From NCBI GenBank assembly GCA_038105035.1, contig JAYOBT010000003.1, forward strand, positions 4,379-68,378: a stretch of DNA of 64,000 nt, read 5' to 3'. The notes beneath the pieces were generated by a model. The model worked only from the letters and a program-made list of their open reading frames with translations. It ran no database searches and was not told the origin of the DNA. Source of the stretch: Candidatus Poseidoniales archaeon (GTDB taxonomy: Archaea; Thermoplasmatota; Poseidoniia; Poseidoniales; Poseidoniaceae). Made by a program: the position numbers and the translations under genes. Below are positions 57,635 to 64,000 of the stretch, piece after piece. Position 1 is the stretch's first letter. Each line of letters starts with the position of its first letter.

Positions 57635-58732
57635 ATGGCCGATGAGACGCTCAACATCGACGACTTGTCTCGACAATTGGATTCTGAAGGCATGATTGGG
57701 TTCACACAGTCGTTTGTTTCCGATCTCGAACATGGCTTCTCAGCGATTGACGAACAACACCTACCATGGCTGCAACAACTCAAGTCCAATGTTTGGAACG
57801 GTGTACTCTGCTTCGGAATGGGTGGCTCTGCTGCCGGGGGTGATTTCTTAGCACGAATTGCAGATGCTTCTGGCTCTAAACCGTTCATTGTGCACAGAGG
57901 CTATGAGCTGCCATCCTGGTGGACATCGGAATGGTTGATTCTCGCTACATCGCACAGTGGCAACACAGAAGAGACCATCGCTGCAACTGAAACTGCCCTC
58001 AAGCAGGGCGCTACTGTTGTGGTCATTGCAACGGGTGGTATCCTTGCAGGGTTCTGCGAATTGTACGATAACTGTCATCTCATTCCATCGGTTGGTGGTC
58101 AACCACCTCGTACCGCTTTCGGGCATTTGTTCTCTCGTCAACTCGCTTTGATGGAACATCTTGGATTGATCCCCCAACAAGCGGATGATGAACGAGAAGC
58201 CATGCTCGTTCGTCTTGAGTATGCCTGTCAATCCAATGATTTTCGCAATGCATCCGGCGTACCATTACTCGAACTTGCTATGGCTTTACGAGAACACCCA
58301 ATTGCATTGCTCGGACCAACGGAAATGCAACCAGCCTTGGTACGATGCAAGAATCAATTGAATGAAAATTCTGGGCGCTTTGCTCGTGTTGGAGTTGTTC
58401 CTGAAATGAATCACAATGAAATTGTCGCATGGGGAGGGGTGTCCGATGATGCTGACCCAGAACGAGAAAATCAAGCTACGCTGATACTCACATGGGATGG
58501 AATGAACGCACGCGTACGCCGTCGAATCGATTGGATGATTGAGCACACGCCAACCGATTATGCATGGAGAATTCATGGAGAAGGAACCTCATTACTCGAA
58601 GCACTTCTTCATCACTGTATCGTCATGGATTGGCTGACCATCGCACTTGCATTGCTTCATGGTAAAGACCCAGCAGCCATCCGCCCCATTCAAGCACTGA
58701 AGGGCTACCTTGCCGATGACGCATCAATATAG
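57635..58732 (+). CDS. Bifunctional phosphoglucose/phosphomannose isomerase (SIS domains)
   Basis: GMGGSAAGGD, SHSGNTEET, TGG.L, PRTA, KNQLNENS and PEMNHNEI. Confidence 0.88.
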   Translation: MADETLNIDDLSRQLDSEGMIGFTQSFVSDLEHGFSAIDEQHLPWLQQLKSNVWNGVLCFGMGGSAAGGDFLARIADASGSKPFIVHRGYELPSWWTSEWLILATSHSGNTEETIAATETALKQGATVVVIATGGILAGFCELYDNCHLIPSVGGQPPRTAFGHLFSRQLALMEHLGLIPQQADDEREAMLVRLEYACQSNDFRNASGVPLLELAMALREHPIALLGPTEMQPALVRCKNQLNENSGRFARVGVVPEMNHNEIVAWGGVSDDADPERENQATLILTWDGMNARVRRRIDWMIEHTPTDYAWRIHGEGTSLLEALLHHCIVMDWLTIALALLHGKDPAAIRPIQALKGYLADDASI

Positions 58733-59338
58733 TCGACCGAGAATGTTTCGAGGGTCAGGATAACGCTCAAGAGCAGTCGTTCGATGTTCAGGTGAGACAA
58801 CGCCCTCCAAATCAGGCACTAGTGGTTCGATCAACGATAACTGAATATGGACATGAGGCGGCCAACCTCCGTTTTCGTGTTCTTCCCCCATTTTTCCGAT
58901 AACATCGCCCTTTCGGATGGGCGCACCTGCTTCCAAATCTGTTAACGATTCATGGGATAAATGGCCGTGCAAAACCCAAATCGTTTGCCGTTTCCCCTCG
59001 ATGTCAATCGTGTGTTCTGTGATGATTGTCGGTCCATAGGAACCATCTTCATCGTTGTTAGCGAAGCTGTGGATTGTTCCATCTTCAAACGCAAAAATTG
59101 GTGTTTGCGCAGGACCACCGATATCGAGGCCAACGTGAATGGTTCGTTCACCACCAAACAAGTCCTGCGTGTACATCCCTTTTCGATCTTCATCGTAGCG
59201 ACCGACCGTGTACTCATACTGCTGATTCCAAGTGGTTTGTGGCCTCTGAAGATTCAAAACCCAGTACTCCTCAGGAAGAAGAACAATTGGGTGGAAAACA
59301 TTCTCTCCACTCCCTGCTCGGTCTGGAGAACCCCACAT
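58724..59338 (-). CDS. M23 family metallopeptidase domain protein
   Basis: GRYDE.R..Y, HVGLD (HxxxD), YGPTII.EH, LHGHLS and ENGGWPPHVHIQ (HxH). Confidence 0.88.
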   Translation of the reverse strand: MWGSPDRAGSGENVFHPIVLLPEEYWVLNLQRPQTTWNQQYEYTVGRYDEDRKGMYTQDLFGGERTIHVGLDIGGPAQTPIFAFEDGTIHSFANNDEDGSYGPTIITEHTIDIEGKRQTIWVLHGHLSHESLTDLEAGAPIRKGDVIGKMGEEHENGGWPPHVHIQLSLIEPLVPDLEGVVSPEHRTTALERYPDPRNILGRLY

Positions 59339-59410
59339 GGACCGAAGAAGGGATTCACCTCTAAGAGTTCATGCATGAACTTGATGTGATGCTTGAACGA
59401 GCGGCTGAGC

Positions 59411-61747
59411 ATGTGGGAGGTTGTGATTGCGGTTCTCCTCCCAACCATTGCTCCGGGTCTTGCGTTGCTGCGTGTCCTCGATGCATCTGCGGATACGTTT
59501 CGAAAAGCATTGCTGTGCTTTCCAATCGGACTCTTGGCGTTGTATGGGACCTCTGGTTTGCTGTTTGTCCTTCAAACATGGAGCGTAACAAATCTGACTG
59601 TCGCAATCGTCCTCCTGAATGCCTTATCGATTGCATTCTTGTTCCGCAAAGTACAGGTTGAGCGCACCACATACACTCAATGGCAAAAGATGGAAGCAGC
59701 GATTCATGGCCTTGTTCTCAGCGAATCTGAGCCTGAAATTGAACAAGAGGTTGCTGCGCAACAATGGTTCCAGAGCAATAGAAATCCATTGCTTCAGATT
59801 GCAGCAGGGTGCTTTTGTCTCCTAACGTTGGTCCCAATTGTCATGTTTGATCGTCCGTTCGGGGTCGATTGGATTGGATTCAGTACACTTGCGAGCCATG
59901 TCGGTCAATCAGGAACCTTTGAGGTTCCATCACCAAATGCTGGGTTATGGACGTATCCTCCTGCGTTCCCGACCGTACTTGCTTGGATTGTCCATGTGAC
60001 AGGATCATCCATCGAACAAACGATTCTTATTCAGGGTCATCTCTCACTCTTTGCACTCCTTCTCGGAATTTGGGGGAGTATGGATCGACTCGGAGCAGGT
60101 GCTTCGAGTGTGCTTGCGATGGGTGGTTCTTTCGCATTGTATGCAAAAGTGTTCGACTCAGGCTACCCCACCGTGGCAAGCCAATTGGGACTGGTCGTGG
60201 GATTGATGATTGTTCTTCGCCCGATTCAACAATCACTTCGCTATCATCTGGTAACGTTTGTTTTCCTTTCAATCTGCACTGTCCTCATCCATCCAACTGG
60301 AGCCATCTATCTTGCAGCATTGCTCGTAGCCAGTCTCCTAACCAGAGAACGGTTATCGGAAGACGAGAAATCAAACCAGAGACCAATTTTCTTGACGTCG
60401 ATCCTCATTGTGAGTTCAATGTTCATCATTGCTCTCATCTATTTTGCACCACGTATGCTAAGTGAGCCTGTCTTTGCGGAATACGGGTGGCAAGGCGGCA
60501 AGCCCATGCTCATGTTCAATGGACTGTTGATGCTTTTTGCAGGTTTTTCGATCTTCTTGGGACGAAAGAGTCGCGAAATCCAATTGCTATCCCTCTGGTT
60601 CTTGGCCTTGTGGCTTCTCTCATTTGTGCATCTGATTGAAGGGTTGGCAAACATTCAGGTTCTAAGCCTGCTCTCTTACACACTTTACTCCATGGCACTG
60701 CATGCCTATCACGTCCCATTAGCAGTGATTGTGGGGTTGCTTGCTAGTCGGTCAACGTCGTTGACAACAGTTGATGATTCAAAGTCATGGTTTGGATTGG
60801 AAATGGATCCGTTCATTCGACCACTGTACAGTTCAATCTTCCTTGTCGTACTTGTTCTTGGATCGATGTTGAGTGTTGGTTTGTTGGCCAACCTTTCAAC
60901 CCACGAAGAACTTCACGCAACAACATCAGGTGATGGTGAACTTCGAGCCTATCTCCTCAAACATCCCCCAGATAAATTCGTCTATTCTGAAAACGTTCAC
61001 TGGGGCCATAGTTACGCCTTCGATGCATCAATTCAAACAACAAGCCTGCCCACACTCGGGCTTTTGACGTTGGATGAAACCATACAGGGTGCGGCGACTA
61101 CAGCCATACGTTTGGATGATGTTGAGACCTTGAAGCAGCTTGGTATCGGTTATGCGGTCTCAAGCCCGATTGGGACGATTGCATTGACCTTGGGTCCGTC
61201 CCCCTATTGGAGCATGGAGCAGGAATTTTCAGGAGCTCGATATTGGAAGGTATGGGACGAACCATCTCCTACACGGGTTTCCTCTGTTGTTACCTTGAAT
61301 CAAGGTGAATGCATGTCAAAGAAAGGGTGTGTACTGGAAGAAGATCCCTGGCGCAATCATCGCTTCAACGACCCGCTTGAACGTGGCGAACAACGGATTG
61401 TTCTCAGCAAGAAAAGCGCATATGTCTGGGATGAAGTACTGAATGAGACAAATCATCAGGGCATGTACAAGATTTGTGTCGTTTACGAGCAAATCGGTTT
61501 GTTTGAAGATTATTCGATCACATTCAATGATGAATCCTTGGACTTGGAGAAAACAGCCGGATGGAACATGGCATGTCACAATCTACAACTCGATCAGCGA
61601 CTTGATGTTGAATTCAACTTGGATTCGGATGGCTCATCCTGGATCAACCCACTAGGATTTTCCGGAAGGAGCTCAAAAATTGTTGATTCAACTGGACTCC
61701 GCATTCATCATTTGGAATTGAATCGGCTAAATCCTGCGAAGGCATGA
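59411..61747 (+). CDS. Polytopic membrane protein, GT-C glycosyltransferase-like
   Basis: Many TM helices; G.D in the first large loop (PFGVDW); YPPAF; IHP; soluble C-terminal domain; adjacent to a GT2 gene. Confidence 0.6.
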   Translation: MWEVVIAVLLPTIAPGLALLRVLDASADTFRKALLCFPIGLLALYGTSGLLFVLQTWSVTNLTVAIVLLNALSIAFLFRKVQVERTTYTQWQKMEAAIHGLVLSESEPEIEQEVAAQQWFQSNRNPLLQIAAGCFCLLTLVPIVMFDRPFGVDWIGFSTLASHVGQSGTFEVPSPNAGLWTYPPAFPTVLAWIVHVTGSSIEQTILIQGHLSLFALLLGIWGSMDRLGAGASSVLAMGGSFALYAKVFDSGYPTVASQLGLVVGLMIVLRPIQQSLRYHLVTFVFLSICTVLIHPTGAIYLAALLVASLLTRERLSEDEKSNQRPIFLTSILIVSSMFIIALIYFAPRMLSEPVFAEYGWQGGKPMLMFNGLLMLFAGFSIFLGRKSREIQLLSLWFLALWLLSFVHLIEGLANIQVLSLLSYTLYSMALHAYHVPLAVIVGLLASRSTSLTTVDDSKSWFGLEMDPFIRPLYSSIFLVVLVLGSMLSVGLLANLSTHEELHATTSGDGELRAYLLKHPPDKFVYSENVHWGHSYAFDASIQTTSLPTLGLLTLDETIQGAATTAIRLDDVETLKQLGIGYAVSSPIGTIALTLGPSPYWSMEQEFSGARYWKVWDEPSPTRVSSVVTLNQGECMSKKGCVLEEDPWRNHRFNDPLERGEQRIVLSKKSAYVWDEVLNETNHQGMYKICVVYEQIGLFEDYSITFNDESLDLEKTAGWNMACHNLQLDQRLDVEFNLDSDGSSWINPLGFSGRSSKIVDSTGLRIHHLELNRLNPAKA

Positions 61748-61773
61748 AAAGGAACCTTCTGTAAGAAACAAAC

Positions 61774-62517
61774 GTGAAACGTTTGATGATTCTGCTTCCT
61801 GTCCTCAATGAGGCAGAAGGTTTGCGTTTGGTGTTGGAAACAATACCTCATGCATTGCTTGAAGAAGCGGGCTGGCAATCTGATATCGTCATCGTTGATG
61901 GGAAAAGTACGGATGCATCCCCTCAAGTTGGTGCCGATGCTGGCTGTATCGTTTTGGTCCAACCTACAAAAGGCAAGGGTGAAGCAGTTCGATTTGGATT
62001 CACCTATGCGCTCCAGCATAGGTATGATGCTGTCATCATGTTCGATGCAGACCAAACGTACAATCCAATGGATATGCTGAGGATGCTGGAAAGGCTCGAG
62101 CCAGGTATGGTGGTTGTCGGAAATCGATTGAATCACCACCTAGCAAGTGATGCCATGTCACCAACCAACTGGATTGGAAATCATCTTCTAACATGGTCAG
62201 CAGTTATCCTTCATGGGCTTGAAATCCATGATGTATGCAGCGGCTTTTGGTTGTTCGAACGAGAGGCTTTGGTGCAAATGAACTTGAACAGCATGGATTT
62301 CGAAATCGAGGCAGAGATGTACGCACAGTGTGCCATCTCTGGAATTCCTCTCGCCAACGTGCCAATCTCCTATAGTGCACGTGTCGGTGAGGCAAAATTG
62401 GGTTCTCTTCGAGATGGTTCATCCATTCTGAGAAAACTTCTGGTCCGCAAGTTGTTCCCCCTACCCGTTGAAGAAGAATTAGGACAAGGAAAATTAGCGT
62501 TTGAATCCAAGAACTGA
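61774..62517 (+). CDS. GT2 glycosyltransferase (polyprenol-phosphate glycosyltransferase-like)
   Basis: PVLNEA, VDGKSTD, GKG.A, FDAD (DxD), GNR, D..SG, FEIE.E and Y..R.GEAKL. Confidence 0.9.
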   Translation: MKRLMILLPVLNEAEGLRLVLETIPHALLEEAGWQSDIVIVDGKSTDASPQVGADAGCIVLVQPTKGKGEAVRFGFTYALQHRYDAVIMFDADQTYNPMDMLRMLERLEPGMVVVGNRLNHHLASDAMSPTNWIGNHLLTWSAVILHGLEIHDVCSGFWLFEREALVQMNLNSMDFEIEAEMYAQCAISGIPLANVPISYSARVGEAKLGSLRDGSSILRKLLVRKLFPLPVEEELGQGKLAFESKN

Positions 62518-62778
62518 GTGTATTGGAATCAATCCATAGTTGTGTGAATCGGTCGAGGCTGTGGGATCGGGATTGTCTCCCTCTACAAAAAGTCCGTTCG
62601 CTTCTATACGCTTCAATCGCTTGATGCAAATTCTTGAGGTGTTGCGGGGGTCTGGAAACACAACAACATCGCCTGATTGTAGTTGTTGGTTGTTGTAGAC
62701 ACACACCTTGATCGTGTCGCCATCTTTGAGTGTCGGCCACATGCTGTCGCCATGAACGACCACAGCCATTGATTCCAA
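62494..62778 (-). CDS. sodX: Nickel-SOD maturation protease (S26 family)
   Basis: V.GDSMWPTL..GD, F.DP..IKR and GDNP..STDS..YG; immediately downstream of sodN. Confidence 0.88.
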   Translation of the reverse strand: MESMAVVVHGDSMWPTLKDGDTIKVCVYNNQQLQSGDVVVFPDPRNTSRICIKRLKRIEANGLFVEGDNPDPTASTDSHNYGLIPIHSVLGFKR

Positions 62779-62787
62779 CGAATCGCC

Positions 62788-63228
62788 TCAGCTTGCTCGG
62801 ACCCAAGAGACTTCGCGTCCCTTGGTTGTCCAGAACATGTTGTGGATCGCTTCGACAGCATCCATCAACTCTTGCGCATGTTGTTCAGAGACTTCGACTT
62901 TGCAAGCAGAGCAAAGTTTTGCAGCCATCCAAAACGTTGTGTGAAGATCTGGGTTGGACTCAAGATGTTGAGGCTTGAAGAAATCGGTCCAAAGAACGAG
63001 AAGTTCATCCTTGCACTTCTGTGCTTCTTCTTCCTTGATGGCTGCGTAGCGGCTCATGGTGTTGATGTATGAGGCAGAGGACTTGTCTGCATCGCCAGTG
63101 CTCAATGCAACCATTTTCTTGGTCATTGATTGCACGGCTTCTGCTGCAACACGTGCGCTTGCAGGGTCGTAGACGCCACATGGGCCGTCACAGTGGGCAA
63201 AGGCTTCGATGGTGATGGTGTTCTCCAT
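62788..63228 (-). CDS. sodN: Nickel-containing superoxide dismutase
   Basis: Ni-hook AHCDGPCGVYDPA after an 11-aa leader from ATG 63228; KEE, LWTDFFKP and KLCSACK. Confidence 0.95.
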   Translation of the reverse strand: MENTITIEAFAHCDGPCGVYDPASARVAAEAVQSMTKKMVALSTGDADKSSASYINTMSRYAAIKEEEAQKCKDELLVLWTDFFKPQHLESNPDLHTTFWMAAKLCSACKVEVSEQHAQELMDAVEAIHNMFWTTKGREVSWVRAS

Positions 63229-63319
63229 GTCGGTGCCTTGGATGTCGAGCACTTGAAGATATGCTTTGGAGCAATTTCTCAATGCAAGGGACTAAAATGA
63301 CGAAGTGTGAGACTCGGAC

Positions 63320-64000
63320 ATGCCAAGGGTTCGAGTGGCTATCCTTGGTGCTTCAGGCTTGGTATCGCAGCGCATGCAGCAACGTCTCGCTATGCATCCC
63401 TATTTCGAATTGGTTGCAGTTGCTGGACAATCTCCCGGAATGAAACTCTCGCTTGTTGACTGGCATCTGGATGAACCACGGCCCCTATTTATCGAATCAA
63501 GCGAGATGAAAATCCTCGATATCAACGATCGAAACTTAGCAGATGAACTCAGAAATCGAAACGTGAGTGTTGTCTTCAGTGCATTGCCAAGTGAACCTGC
63601 GTCGAGGATTGAAGCAAATCTCGTCAGTGCTGGGCTTCACGTCTTCTCCAATGCGAGCGCCTATCGGATGCATCCTGATGTTCCGCTTGTAGTTGCTGAT
63701 GTCAATCCTGAAGCCCTTCAAACACCTCAAGGTATGGCCATCCATGCATGTGCAACAAACTGCACGCTCATTCCGATTCTTCACCCACTTGCTGTTCTCT
63801 CACAACATTACACCATCACCAAAGTGGTTGCTCGAAGTGAACAGGCCCTTTCTGGAGCAGGTTGGAAGCTTCTCCACAGTCAGGAATTAAGACATCAGGC
63901 CATCGATCAGGAAATCTCAGGCGAGGCTGAAAAAATCGTCGAAGAGATTGAACGAATTCTCAATCTCAATAGTGAATGGGATGTGCAAACAAAGCGCGTC
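63320..64000 (+). CDS. asd: Aspartate-semialdehyde dehydrogenase, archaeal type (partial; runs off window)
   Basis: My translation gives MPRVRVAILGASGLVSQR..HPYFE..VFSALP..VFSNASAYRM.PDVPL..VNPE..TNCT (catalytic Cys)..QALSGAG..E.EK. Confidence 0.9.
   Translation, partial: MPRVRVAILGASGLVSQRMQQRLAMHPYFELVAVAGQSPGMKLSLVDWHLDEPRPLFIESSEMKILDINDRNLADELRNRNVSVVFSALPSEPASRIEANLVSAGLHVFSNASAYRMHPDVPLVVADVNPEALQTPQGMAIHACATNCTLIPILHPLAVLSQHYTITKVVARSEQALSGAGWKLLHSQELRHQAIDQEISGEAEKIVEEIERILNLNSEWDVQTKRV

Noticed and set aside
46531..63228. Bacterial contamination or chimera suggested by glmS, ccm, M23 and sodN
   Set aside because: These genes are tightly interleaved with archaeal markers (nmd3, PGI/PMI, RAD55-like, archaeal asd) with minimal gaps and no visible junction. 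Read mapping would be the definitive test.
63229..63282. Longer SodN leader in the ORF track as a secretion signal
   Set aside because: It is not hydrophobic and starts at TTG. ATG 63228 gives a typical short NiSOD pro-peptide.
1..64000. CRISPR arrays, tRNA/rRNA genes, transposases or integrases
   Set aside because: Intergenic gaps are nearly all under ~160 nt. I saw no spaced direct repeats, tRNA T-loop/cloverleaf patterns or mobile-element motifs by eye; tRNAscan/Infernal were not run.

Overview
This is a gene-dense archaeal chromosome segment with about 40 CDS. I saw no rRNA, tRNA, CRISPR array or mobile element. TBP, NMD3, mevalonate kinase and an archaeal-type Asd and PGI/PMI indicate an archaeon. 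Many giant membrane-anchored PKD/CARDB/S8 surface proteins and numerous bacterial-type enzymes suggest Marine Group II (Ca. Poseidoniales); this taxonomic call is an inference. Housekeeping genes include ileS, cysS, nadE, glmS, tbp, mutY, a mutS-like gene, trxA, bcp, maf, nmd3 and asd. The most notable observations are: (1) a compact ccm module with a CcmA-CcmB-like fusion, CcmC and an unannotated 52-aa CcmD-like ORF, without ccmE/F; (2) recurring cytoplasmic tail motifs on the giant surface proteins (GPPxPxxGLPxGWTMEQWxYYG, LPPL repeats, a Zn ribbon, a Trp-rich mini-domain), near a Zn-ribbon rhomboid and a SepF-like gene; (3) a single-chain aconitase X in large-then-small domain order, probably phosphomevalonate dehydratase; (4) a sodN-sodX nickel SOD pair; (5) IleRS with a GIHH signature in place of HIGH; (6) a TrhO-like tRNA hydroxylase; and (7) several eukaryote-like modules (Frag1/DRAM, reelin-like, ENT-like). 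All calls come from reading motifs by eye, and no database searches were run.
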